NCBI GenBank assembly: GCA_012295275.1
Contig: CM022670.1
Span: 11,284,001-11,348,000 of the forward strand
Reading direction: 5' to 3'
DNA: 64,000 bases
DNA from: Chrysomallon squamiferum
Taxonomy: Eukaryota; Animalia; Mollusca
Shown: positions 14,280 through 57,300 of the stretch, piece by piece
How the letters are laid out: each line of letters begins with the position of its first letter
Position numbering within the stretch: the stretch's first letter is position 1
Notes under the pieces: model-generated
Told to the model about the DNA's origin: nothing
Database searches by the model: none
Seen by the model: only the letters and a program-made list of their open reading frames with translations
Made by a program: the position numbers and the translations under genes

Positions 14280-14415
14280 TGACGTTGTTGCAGTGACGTC
14301 AAATAAAAACATGCCTAACAATCGGGTGCTTTCGTAGATCAAAGATTTTTGTAACTGCACTTGTTAACCTTTGGAAAGTTTAACCTTTGGATAGTTAAAA
14401 AAGTATCAACCGTTT
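14280..14415 (-). promoter_or_regulatory. Proximal promoter motifs of the unknown gene
   Basis: Perfect CRE TGACGTCA at 14294-14301, a direct repeat gttaacctttgga x2 (~14363-14391), and a Myb-type caaccgtt at 14407-14414. Confidence 0.4.
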
Positions 14416-15417
14416 TACTAGTAATTTGTTAATTAAGATTTCGATCCAGAGAAAACCACCTATTTTTGTCATTCCCAAAATTATATTTTCAAAACAGTAG
14501 GTTAATAACCGACTGGTCGAAAGGTCTTACACTAGGTCACTTCGTCCCAGGACACTTTGCGGACAAAACAAATGAAATAAAAAATAAAAAATCGTCGCCT
14601 TATTAACTCACTGCGGTATAAAACATATTAAGGTTAATGTTTATAAGTACCATTGAAACTTAATATATTTCCTGTTTGGAAGACATATCATTTAGGTAAC
14701 TAAAGTGCAAGAAAAATCTCTCAGCTCTTCCTAATTTCATCAGATGTTTTTATATTGTATGTAACAATAATAAGAATGTTTGCTATTGATTTTGTGACTT
14801 GTGCACCATGTAAAACAGACTAAGCTTTTTCACTCAGGGTTTTTATTGTGAGTTATGTAATGACGTTATAATCACTTATATCATAATACACATATACAAT
14901 AACGATAACATATTCTGGAGTTAGTGTTACCGCCCTGGCGTGCAGGTTGAGAATTATTAAATTCTATACATAAAAGGTTGTTGATTTTTTTTCTTTCTTT
15001 TTCTTTTTCTGTCGTAATAAATATAAAAAACCCCACAAAAAAACCGAACAAAACGTGGAAGAAATCTGGTTTTAAGTATATGTAACTCAGCTCACGGTTT
15101 CTCAGTTCGCAGTTCAAAATAAATGTGATTGTAGAAACAGTGATCTTTGTGTATGAATAAAAAAAATAATTCAACTATAATGTTTGTAGATCAGTAATAT
15201 TTATCAAACTTGATAATCTATTTGAATATGATTTTTTTGGCGCATAAATGTCGCTGAGCGGTCACTCAAAGCTAGATTTTGTTAGCGACCATGTCGACGA
15301 AGCTATTGTATACAGAATGACTGTTTTTTGACACCACAGCTTGAAAAACATTTCAGCTAGTGGATGTCAAACAAAGGTAAATATAATAAAACGGTGGAAC
15401 TGTATAACAGTACAGAC

Positions 15418-15698
15418 CACTGGTTTTCAACCTTTTTCATACCGCGACCCCTTATGAGCAACTCAATATGACCGATGAACCCCTTTAAAATTTTTGATTC
15501 AATAATATCTAGGGTTACCATATTTTTTCATCAACCAAAGACAGTACAAAAGGTATCTATATTCACTATGACGGGTCGCAAACCTATATACCTGTTTTTA
15601 TTTATTCCTCCTTCCAAGTCAAGTTGAAAGAAAACCTAAAACATACCCTCGCTCAAGAACGATCACGCGACCCCCTGAAAAAAGGCTGGCGACCCCAT
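15418..15698 (+). mobile_element. Truncated non-autonomous hAT (Charlie-like) DNA transposon / MITE remnant
   Basis: The left end cactggttttcaaccttttt resembles Charlie-type TIRs (CAGTGGTTYYCAACC). Subterminal GCGACCCC repeats lie at 15444, 15667 and 15689, with an inverted copy at 15573. No right TIR is visible. Confidence 0.6.
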
Positions 15699-16411
15699 GT
15701 ACTACAAATATTACTCAGATATATTATTATTATTATTATTGTTATTATTATTATTATTATCATTATTGTTATTATTATTGTTTAATTTAGTCTAATTTTA
15801 CAGTATAAAAAAAAAAAAAAAAAATATGCGTTATATTATATTGATAATACAATTTATCTACATTTTTCAGTGTTTATTTGTGTTTCTCCAGCAGTGTTTA
15901 GATTTTTTTTCTTTATAACATATATCTGAGGAAGAAGAATGAATAATAATCTACATGGGTCTACACACAAATATTAATCATAGATTATTTATTTTAAAAT
16001 AATAATAATAACAGTAATAAATAAATTAATTAATTAATAAAAAATAACATTAACATATCATGACATGGCATAACGTAATATAACGTAACATAACAAAAAA
16101 TTAAATGAAATTAAAATATTCATTTTATTTCCCGCAAATTCCAAGCCCCACTTTTCATTGGCCCCATGAAATGAATCCATCTTTACAGTGGCGATAACTA
16201 CTCGTAGGAAACGATCGGAAGTACTTTTGCAAAATCGCTATGTCATGCTTCTTCTCAAAGCATGACAAGGACTACCACTTACAGTTAATCAAAGTCTGAA
16301 GTTGGTGTTTGCAGTAAGGTAGGTATTATTCAGAAATAATTATACATCCTGTTAAAATATACGACAAACAACACAGTGACAGTCATGATGTTTGTTGACA
16401 AACACCAAAAG

Positions 16412-16503
16412 TATAAATAGTTGCCATTGGTTCAGACCAAATGTCACTGTCAGGAAATACCTATTAACATTTACGGTCTATATCAATTTTATCAAGTTAT
16501 TAG
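16412..16503 (+). promoter_or_regulatory. TATA promoter and probable non-coding exon 1 of the ABCA gene
   Basis: TATAAATA at 16412-16419, a perfect donor AG|GTAAGT at 16503/16504, and a polypyrimidine acceptor near 18228 just before ATG 18253. Confidence 0.5.
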
Positions 16504-18252
16504 GTAAGTTCATTTACTGCAGCCTGTGACATTACGGCTAAAATTATTATTTTGTATGAATGCAGATATCGCAAAACTCAACTTGACTGTGTCCGGGATG
16601 TCTCAAACTCACAGACCGAGACATTTTTGATACGAATGGTTTCAAATACATGTTATATTATATATACGATCACTTTGACCTTAATATTTTTGTTGACGAA
16701 AGGCGTTACCATTAGCGTGGGGAAAATGGGATTAAAAACAATAATAATAATAATAAAAAATTAATGAACGACAGAAAAAACCAACAAAAAAACAACATAA
16801 AAATATTTTTGTATGCCTCATTCGGGTATATTTTTATTAAGTACTGTCGATAAACAATTAAGTTACATAAATTTTCGTTTGTTAAAAATCATAAAATTTA
16901 ATACATAGTGTTTACTAAAAATAACTTTAATGTGCCGGTATGATATTTCATTTTTTTATGACTTCCAGAATATTTTTAACCCTTGGTATGAAGACTAGAT
17001 AATTTCAACATCTGACTGGAAGATGCATTTTAGGTTGTTCATTTGGTTTGGGTTTTTTTTGGTTTTTTAAATCATTAAGATCATACACATTTTATGCATT
17101 TATTGTTACAACTAACTGAAAAAATTCCATTTAAATTTCAAATAAAGAATTTGAACAGATGTTATTTTCCCATAATATGAAGGATGTTACTGCCTAGAGG
17201 ATATTAATTATTTCAGATTTGCCATAAACTGCAATACTTAATCTACCAACATACTGGCTTAATGCATCATAAAACTAACAACAACGTGTGTGTGTGTGTG
17301 TGTGTGTTTGATAATAATCTTGTTCATTTAGCTGATGCGATAATTACAAGAAGTATGACATCAGTATTTATTAAGCCTTCAAAGAAGTGCGATCATTCCT
17401 TCTCATACGGTAGCCTAATTACACAAAAATTTCTGCTTTTGTTTAAGAATTGATCATGCTTGAAAAATTGTGAATATGGTGATAAATCCAATCGTGAAAA
17501 TTTGATGTCTTTTGCTCTCATCCTCTCATCATTTACCACCTGCTGCTGACCTGCTCTTCATGCTACTTAGCATCTCCTCTTATACTTCCTGGATCCACAT
17601 ACTCAAGTTTAAGAGATTGAGGTCTATGATAATGCATTTGTCAGCTCCAAGCAATTGTTATTATGTGTTTTTTTTAAACCAATAATTTTTCAAATGTAGC
17701 ATAATTTGAAAGAAGACAGCCTTTCCTTTATCATAATGATTTTTAATCATCAAATAGTTTCAGTCTCCATCAATCTTTAATTACAGTTTTGTCTTTTGTG
17801 ATGTTAAATGCACTCCCATTAGTTCAAAATAGCTCCAGTTTCATGTCACCTTGTTCTGTTTTGCTTTTCTGCCCCCAAAAAGAAAAAATCTTGAGTATAG
17901 AAACACTAAACCATTGAAAATTAGGTTGACTGACTTATTATAAAGGTAATGAAATATACAGTGGGTATCTTTTTTTTGTTTTACCCAAGTAATGTATGTG
18001 TTCTGGATAACGTTTAATACTTCAGTGAACATTGCTGGTTTAGGGTTCTCTGCTCTGTAGTAAAAAGCTGCTCATAGAAAAAACATTAATTATTAAATTT
18101 GAGCAACATCACTACATTGTAACAAAAAAAAATCAGAAAATTGTTCTCAGTGATTATCAGAGTTCGTTGTTCAGCAAATAATAAATATCACTGATAATTC
18201 ATTTTATTTTATTTTTCTTCTTTTTAAGAAGTTTTCACCTCAATCCTGAAAG

Positions 18253-47214
<28,962 letters not shown>

Positions 47215-48381
47215 TACCATTTACATCTGAGAGTAAAAACTTAATGACAATTAGATTTTAACAGACAATGTTGTAAATGATGTGACCGATTATAACAGTA
47301 CCAAGAAAATCTTACTTGAAGCTTCGTGATATTGTTTTTAAATTTAAACTATGAAAGAAGTGCAAGGATTTGTAAATTTTGTGGATTGATGTTTCGAACA
47401 TACTGATCATTTGTGTTAAGTGTCACTGGTATATTATTCAAATATATTGAACAACAACAACAACAACAACAAAAATGTTAACCAAGATTTGCACTGGCTT
47501 TTATATTATCATTATTTGTGAGTTTAAGTATTCTAAATTTTGTGAAAGGATGTAGGTAAAAAAAATTGTTTTATTTGATCTGAAGGGTATTTCAGTTTTT
47601 AATTCTGTGATATGTTAATTTGAAACATGTCCATTATTCATCTGCATCTGTCTTAATCACATTAGTATTTTCACATCTCTGTCCATTTGAGATGCTTTCC
47701 ATTTTTATTCTTTGACAGAATATTCTGGGGTTTTTTGCTTTTTTTCTTATTTTGTCTTTTAGACCTTCATATTGTAAAATGAATAGCTTGTAATATGCCT
47801 GGAACAAATTTATAAATATAAAAAAATAATAATAATTATAAAATTCAAGAAAAAAAAACATTATCACATAAAATTCAATTACTGTAATGAAAAGAAGTGT
47901 TCTGATTAAATTATTTAGTTATAAACTTCATTATTTACAAAATGAGCTTCAATCCAAGTGTTTTATTTTTTTTTTTAAACCAAGTTTTTTGTTTTGCTCA
48001 TTGGACAAACTTATCAGTTTGCTGCCTGCATGATACTTGGTTGGAATATAGTGGAAGCTTTTGAGATAGTGATGAAATTACCAATCACTTCACAGAGAAC
48101 ATTCCATCATTTCTTTATAAAGAGCTATAATTTACTTGTTAATATAATACTTTTTTTTTCTCTTTTTTTAATTTTCAGTTGTAATTTGCTATTTATAAAT
48201 TTGAAAAATGTAATAAAAAATTATTTGCAACTTTGTTTAAACTGGTATTAAACAAATATATTATCATGAAATTTGAATAATCATATCCATTGTGATGGAA
48301 TAATGGTTCTTTGGCTTTGGTTTTGTTGCAATATGAGAAGTAGTTGACACTTATCTATATATCTATTTACATGTATATTTA

Positions 48382-48424
<43 letters not shown>

Positions 48425-48926
48425 ACTCACATATATATAATTTATTTTGTTAATCAGAATGATTGGCTTTATATATGTTTTGTGTGTAAAGATTTATTTT
48501 TATAATTTATAATTTTATTTTTTACATGCATGTTTTATGTGATTCAGAATACCTGTGATACAAAGCATAATGTTAAATACTTTACGTCTATAACTTTTGC
48601 AGGTGTTTTTGTTGTTATATATATATACGAGTGTAAATACTTGGAGCAATTCACTTATATTTTTTCTCAAAGTTGTTTTATATCAGTGTGAGAAAGTATG
48701 AAACTGAACAAGTTCTGATGAAAAAAAATAATAATAATAAATAAATAAAATATTAGGAAACAAAATTTAATTTTTATACAGAATGCAATATAAATGATCA
48801 TCTTTTTTATACAACTCTACCCTGCCAGACTGAAAACAGAATAATTTGTTTAAATATTCTATGAAAATTCACATCATTCACCATGACAAATCATCAAAAT
48901 ATGATTTTAATTTTATATTTATTTTT

Positions 48927-48963
<37 letters not shown>

Positions 48964-49396
48964 ATATATATCACATATATCCAGAAGTTACTTTAGAATA
49001 TAGAGGGCTTCCAGTCTTTGTGCAGCACTAACTTCAAATTCATCAATATTCAAATTTTTGTTTTATAATATAATTTTTATTATTATTTTTATTTTTTTTA
49101 TTTATTATTCTACACCTGCTTTTTCAACCCTCCCAAGAAAAAAAGTCCCACCAGATTAAACAAAAGGCGTGAATTACTTGTGATTTGGCCACTTTGATAC
49201 TTCAGGGAATATATTTTTTACTTTTCAGATGAAGAATATTTTCTAATGGTTTTTTTCTTTGTTTGTTTTTTACATATAACTTTAATGTGTTTTTGTTTAT
49301 GTGACTGAATGTTTCTTTTAAAATTAGTTTAATGATGTTCTTCCTGATCTCATGAACACATTAACATACAAGAAAATAAAAATAAGTTATTAGATC

Positions 49397-49429
<33 letters not shown>

Positions 49430-49450
49430 TTCTCTTTCACACACACACAC

Positions 49451-49482
<32 letters not shown>

Positions 49483-51339
49483 ACACACACACTTATTTAT
49501 ACATAAAATATTCCACAATAAACATTATCCACATCTTTAATTATGCAAAAGTTTGAAAGTTTCTAAATGTTTTATATATATGTATATATACTGTGTATAC
49601 ATTTTTTGCTGGAATTGTTTGAACTGATGTATTTAAGCATTACTATTATCAATATTTCAGAATTAATACTACAAGTACATTTATGCAGAAAATAGACTGG
49701 AAGACTTTTGTTACTTGATGTAATTAACTGTAAATGAAGCCAAGTCAGGTTATAAATTCTATTTAATTTTCAACTTATAAGTTACTTTCTTATTGGTATG
49801 GAAGAGTCTTCAAATTTCAGTATGTAATTCTCAACACGTAAGAATGTTAAAATTACTTTTTACTTATTTATTTGTATTGCAATTACGAATTTCCAAATTT
49901 AGTCAGTCCTATGACTAATGTTAATTTTAACATTTCTAATGTTTATCCTTTTTTTTTCAGTTTTATTTGATGTTATTTCTTTATTCTTTTATGATATATT
50001 TATATAACTTATTTTAGAAAGAAATAAAAGCTGTTAAATATTTCTGTATTTGGTGACTGAAAAATCATGAAGCCTGCCATTTTCCTTTCTATTTTTGTTA
50101 TTCTGTATCTTTTGTAGTTAAAAAAATTATTAAAAAAAAAAAAAAAAAAAAAAATTAAAAATTAAAAGAGAAAAGAACTGTACATTTTGAGTGTGAATCT
50201 CTGCAGATATATGCTGCATTACCATACTTTATAATTTACATTTATGCAGAAGTGAGTAAATTTATTTGGTTGTGTAAGCATCTCCACACAAGAACTGTGT
50301 GATTGTAGTGTTGTGATAATAATAACATTCATTTGTGATAAGCTTGGGAAAATGCGATTTTAAACCAGATAAAATACTACTGCTTTGTTGTTGTTTTTCA
50401 ATACTTCATTTGGTATTTTGTGTGCTGTGATGTTTTATTTTATAATACTGTTTCATTGGCTGCCATTTTGTTATTCAAATGTGAATTAGGTTTCAAATAA
50501 TAAGGAAAAGTCATTCAAAAAAGCAGAATTTCCAACATTAGAATTTATTTTTTTACATTTAAAAATTAATAATAAATAATCAGTTTGCATGTATTTGTTA
50601 CAATTTCTACACATTAACAAAAAGAAAAGAAAAAAATGTCCTTCCACATCAATTTCACAAATATTTTCAAATTTACTTTAAAAGGATTTGTGACATCATT
50701 CCGATACACTGAAATAAAATTTTAAAATTTCTTTAAGGATTTCCATTAATCTGATTATTGAGTGAATACATTATATATTTTTTTTTTGGAAATATTTAAT
50801 TATCATTCTGTTATAAAATTACTATTTATATTTCAGTATTTGTCTTTGAGATAAAAATAAAACAAAACCAAGACCCATTTTAAAAACTGTATTCACAAGT
50901 AACTTATTCTAAAAAATAAAAAGTAAGCAATGCATTAATGGTTACAACAATATTCATACTGCCAAAGAGATGAATGGTAATTCTTAAAATCAAGCTGCCA
51001 AAGTTGTTGCTTTATTTAAACTGTTTTTAAATCATTTCTATTTTTTTAACCTTTTGAAGTGAAATTATATATATAATCAGGTACTGGCACATGGATATTT
51101 AAAATTTCAGTAAATTTTTGTTTTACTGAAGTGAAGAGGGTAATAACGTGATTATGTTTAACATTCTGTATGAACTCGAGGCCATCTTTGATCGGTAATT
51201 TTTTCACTGCTTCGTGAACACTTTCAATAAAACTGTAATGTGCTGAATGTTTAATCTCCCATAATCATTTTTTTTGTAAAACCATACTCCATGCACAGTA
51301 CATTTTGCTTCCAGTTACAAAGTTTGTACATCAAAATAA

Positions 51340-54300
51340 TCACAGGTCGATCATTTGAGGTCTTGATGGAGATGAAGATTCCAGTTTTTTCACCAACAAG
51401 TCTGCTCCTGTAAATGTCATCTTTTTCAGAGATTTTCTAATTCCTGTCAGCTGCTGTTTGACAGCTGTCGTCACATCGGCATCTCCAACATCAAGTAAAC
51501 TGAAATTTCAAAATATTTGTTTTATTTAATGTTTTTATTTATTTATTTATTTGGTTTTAATTTTACAAGATAAATAACATAACTAGCAAAATAAAAATAA
51601 ATTACAAAATAAAGAACAAAAGTTCACAAGAATGCAAGAAGTATTTAGATATTTCTTTTAATCATCAAAGGTAGACTCCAAATAAACATTCTCTATCTAT
51701 TTGTTTCCACAATGAAAAATACAAATGACTCACGAGTCAAATAATAAAAACTAGCAAAATAAAAATAAATAAATAATCTGGAATAATACCGTTCTCAAAA
51801 ATATTTTTAATCCTATTTTCTAAGTAATAAATTAACAAAAGAAAAAAAGCAACAACCAATTTATCAAAAAAAAACCCACAAAAAAAAGGATTTTTTTTTT
51901 TTTTTTATTATTATTTTTTTTGTTTATGATAACTAGGAATAGCAGATATATAATTAACTTTACTCGAACATTTCACATCATCAGTGTATGGCATTTAAAT
52001 TGATACTGCCCCAACTTCAAGTCACTGCTGGAGCAAAGTAATAAATTTTATGACCACCATATTCTGACAATATTGATTTTATTACAAATTTTATTTGTAT
52101 TTTCTTCTGATAAAAGTTTAATTACTGTGTACAATTTATGTGTAGTTTAGCAGTTTATGTTCAATAATGTAGAGAATTCAACTGTATTTATTAAACTGAC
52201 ACCTGCAGCAGATCATAAATAATTTCAAAGCTATCTGAATCACTGGTGTTTTATGCAGAACTGTTAAAATTAAAATGACCAGATCACAATTCCATTTCAG
52301 ATACTTTGCTTAATTAAAATTAATCAGTCTGGCATCATTAAATCACTGCTGGTTATTTAAAAATCAGTGACTTCTACAATTACTGATTAACCAATCAGAA
52401 TAGATTATTTTTCCAAATGTCTTGTTAGAAGATGTTACAAGCAAATGAATGGCACACAAACCTGATAAGTGCAAAACATCCTCGATTGCAGGCAGCCCAT
52501 GATTTCAGTGATCCAGGTGGAACTACTTTGAGTAGGATTTTGGAAAATAATACTAAATTAGAAATAAAACAAAAAACATTATATCCAACTCAATATGTCT
52601 GTTTTTATCCCAACATTTATTTTAAATAATACAGAATAAAATCAAAACAATCATCATTAATAACTATGACAGTAAACTAGTACTACAGAAAACTGGTACA
52701 TTTAACAGGTTTTATGACCTTAACAATTTTACTTTTTTTTTAACATCAGCTAAGATTAGTCAGCTAAAACTAAACAGAACAAAAATTCTAAGAATTCTAA
52801 AAGTATTTAGATATTTCTTTTAATCATCAAAGGTAGACTCCAAATACAAGTTCTCTATCTATTTGTTTCCAAAATGAAAAATAAAAATGACTCATGAATC
52901 ATACCAACCTTCTTGACCAGCTGCTATTCGTTCCTTGTCGTTAAGAATGAGTCGCTTGAGAGCGAGGTGACCTGCCGAGTGTTCTACGATGTGAAAGTCC
53001 TCACTGTTCCCTGCTACAAACGGCTCTGCGGCTATCTTTGCTATTGCTAACATGGCTTCTGTAGGGTCACCTGAAAGAAAACAGTAAAAACTGAGTATTG
53101 TTTTCTTTTCTAAATTTAACCTGATCTGCCATCTATCTACCTGCTGGATTTCCCTTTTTGTACTGTTATCAAGATGACTGACTACCTATTATGTTAAATA
53201 ATACTAAAAGCACATTTCTTTCCATGATGGGTAGGGCAATATTACAATAATATGTCATTACAAAAAGTCAATATCAAAATGAGGATAGACAGATGTAACA
53301 ATAGAAACATTTCATTTGCTTGTCCTTTCTTTTAAACAAGAACCTTTAGTTCTATCTGTGCATTGCTAAACAAAAATAAGTTTTTTTTTAACATTATAAA
53401 ATCCAAAATCCACAAATCTGTTACAAGCTAGATACCATTTACATATCTATGAGAATATAAATGGGGTTATTTTATAACACAGTAATTGTCACTATGCTTT
53501 AATAGACTAAATTATGTTTCTGATATTCACAAGAGAAACCACAGGTGGAGAAATCAAGTTGCAAAGCAAAACGTAAAGAACAGATCAGTTTAAAACTGTT
53601 TGAATTCTTGACAGAATTATCTTTTGTCTAACGATTTCTTATACAAAAAGTATCTAAAAATTCTAAGCTGTTAATTTAGTAATATCAACATATAAACTAT
53701 TTGTCTAGATTTTTTTTTATTGTGAAGTACCTCTTGCATGTGTAACAACAGCGAGGATGAAGAGCAGTGTGTTGTTGTTCATCACCAGCTCTCGGCTGTG
53801 TTCCACCACGTACTGCAGCATGGGACCCGAGACGTACTCAGCAAGCTCTTGTGACCTCACCTTTCCATCCTTTTTACTAAAAATCAAATTAAGTTTCTTT
53901 AAAGCAATACAGAACATATTATAATAAACACACGAAAAGAACCCACAAGACATTAATTTTCATTAAGTTGCTATTAAAGGGGACTGACAGCAAAATATAC
54001 ATAGAGCAGAATATTTATGTTTGCCATCAAAACTTCTAACATGCAGATTCCACACTAGTGTAACAGATGGTCATGATGTAGCTCATTACTGTTTTTTTTT
54101 TTTACCAAACCTATGCATCTGTGCATCCAATAAAAATGTTGGTACATTAAACCAGGATAGATTGGATTTCTTTAGATTTTAAGTTCTTTATATTTATTTT
54201 CCAGCTATAAAAATATCTTTCTTATGACATTATTCAAACATTTTGTGAATTCAAAAATTTAATAAAGATGGTGGTGGTGGTGGGGTGTAATTAAATTTCA

Positions 54301-57300
54301 TATCAGTTATTTTCAATGTAACTTAAATTGCACAAAATGCACAGTCCATGAACAGTGTCTGTGATATATTTAGATTGGGAAAACTAGTTAGTTACCTGGT
54401 TGTATTTTTCTCTCCATCTTGTAAAATGTGAACAATGTCAGGATGAAAATGAAGAGGATCACGTGGTGACAACAGATAGATGAGAACTTTTCGACCATAT
54501 TGATTTTGAACAATATCATGAAGAGATTTCAACAGTTCCTGTAAATTGTAGCACAAAATGTTTTCATTGTATGGTTCTTAATGTGCAACAATATTTTACC
54601 TCAAACATTTAATAATACATCAATAAAAAATACAACAATATATATAGAAATATATCAGTATTAAAATGCATCTACATTATATTTTAATTTTTGGATGGGC
54701 TGATTAAGGCTGCATGACAAAAGAGACCAAATGTTATATATAGGACTTTTGCCTCTTATTATTATAATGTACAAAGATTTTTATTTTTATACACATCAGT
54801 AATACAAAAATATAAATATCTTAAAGGGTTCTTTCTGAAACATAAATCTCAGGAATTTCTAATGTAACCAGGAAGATTCCTATTTCAGTTAATACTTACA
54901 TCAAGAAGAGCTTTTTGTACCAGTTTGGTATCATCAACAACATCAATGATGGCCAACATCACCATGTGTCCATACTCCTCCTGACACACTTTAAGAACAT
55001 GAGTCTTCAAACTTTTTATTATCACTTTACGATCCTGCAATGAAAAGTACATGTGACTATCATCTTGTATTGTAAAGGACTATTTTCAGGGAAATAAAAC
55101 TTGGATTTTTTTTTTCTCAAAATGTCTCATTTTGTTAATACTTGTTTCTATGGATCCTTTTATTGCTGTTTTTCCTATTATAAAACATAATACACCACGT
55201 TTTCGGCCAACAAGAACTCAACAGATTTTAACAAATTATTACAAAGAAACTTCAATCTGTATTTGAGGAGTTATTTTATCAGTTAAATACATGGTATGAA
55301 GATTTTTCTAACAGAAATAAGATTCTACAAGTGATTACTCTGCAGGCAAGCACTAACTGTTTAAGTACAATAACTTGCTCTACAAACAAAAAAATAATGT
55401 AAAAGTATGAAGTTAAAAAACATTAAGCTGAAAATTTACCTTTGCTGTACCATGCCACACACAGTGCATAGCCACACGTGCCCCATCCCGCGTGTGCAAT
55501 ATGGTAACCAAATGTTCTCTAAGTAATTCTATCATTTCCTGAGAAAATAAAACAAAATTTATTTTATTATAAAACTATTAGCATTCATATTTTTTAATTT
55601 TATATTTATAATACATATTTAATAACATTTCTGGAAAAAAATTTTTTTTTATCACATTTGAAAAGCTTTTACATATTTATTTATGTACAGATATATATTT
55701 TATGCTGTCTTTACAATTAACTTTCTTTTATTGTAACTTATTTTGATAAGTGTAAGAATAATTGTAACTGATTTAGATTTAAAAAAGAAACATTTAGCAA
55801 GAGCAGGACAAATTAAAATATCTTACACTTCTCATTCTTCCTGAAGCATAGGTGAAAAACTCAAAAAATATACGATGTACCAAGGAATGGATTAGTATTT
55901 CTCTGAAAAGATATTTGATTAACGATGGATTAATGAAAACATAAAAGTGATAAATAATTTTAAAAAAAAGAAGATTTATTTTTGTTATTTCCTATTTTGG
56001 TACTAAACATGATTTGGTCAGTAAGTCATTTAGGTTAAAAATGAAAAATAAGTTTCAGTCTTCTGAAATGAAATATTTCACACACTTCTATGATGTTTTT
56101 GGTTTTGCTAAGCAGTCTGAGCTAATAATAAGAAAAACACAATGAATTAGATTTTGTTATAAAACACATGGGGGAGGAAACTTGGAGGTGCTATTCTATG
56201 TTTTTACTGATTAGCAGAACGTTATTTTTTATGTGCACCTTCACAAAAACTAGGTCTTTGATAATCCAACTGCTTAGGACAAAATGAAAGTTTAAAATAC
56301 AAACATACCTAAAGACTGTTTAAATGAGATATTTTTCATGCCAATTTGTTTTTCTTTTTACACCTACTTGTCTATCAGTGGAAGTAGTGCCTCCTTCATG
56401 TTACTAAGGATCATGTCCTTCTTGTCTGGCTGCTCCTTCATGATTTCATCCAGACACTTAGTAGTGTGATTCTAAACAAAAATACACACAAATAAACTTT
56501 AATCTAATAATAATACAATTACAATGATATCACTGTAATTAAGATACAACAAAATATAGAAGTAAAAAATTTAAATTCTATAGTTTTTGTTTCATGTTAC
56601 CAATACAACAACAAATCTTTTGGGGATGATTAAAAGAAAAATCCACCATTAATTTTTCATCAAGTAAGGTCCTGAAAGCTAATGCTTATTAAACTATTAC
56701 AGACATGATCTGAATTATTAAAAAAAAATAAAGTACACCAAAATAATTAAACCTACTCCTATATTAATGAAGTAATCATAAATTCATAACAAATTCACAA
56801 ATAATTACAGTTCTTTTAGTAATTATAAAAAAACCAGAATATGGATAAAATACCTTGAAAAGCGTGAAGGATGGTCCATAGAACTCTTCCAAAATTGAAA
56901 ATCTCTGTGCTGCATTGGCATATTCATTGTAGGCAAATTCTAATATTTCTGAAGCTTCCTAAAATATGAAATTTAACAATCATGCATTTGTTTTTATATT
57001 ATCAGCATTTGTTTAATTCACCGATATAAATTATTTGCTGCAAAAATTGTTTTTAGTTGTTAATAAACCATAAGCAGTCTTTTTCAGAATCTTTGTATAT
57101 TGTTAATATATTGAAATATAGAGAGACAGAGAGACAGATTTATTTGTTTGTACTCACTTTGTGTCTGACAAGTTTTCTCACTTTTCCATGAAACTGTTTA
57201 ATCACAAAACCTCTCTGCTGTTTTGACCTAAAATAATAATAATCCTTGAGCTTGTTTTGGAGGTGTTTTTTTTGAGTAAAAAAAATATTAATATTTATAA

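Noticed and set aside
52200-52360. Possible C/D snoRNA in a PUM3 intron (minus strand)
   Set aside because: Imperfect C box, unconvincing terminal stem and no recognisable guide.
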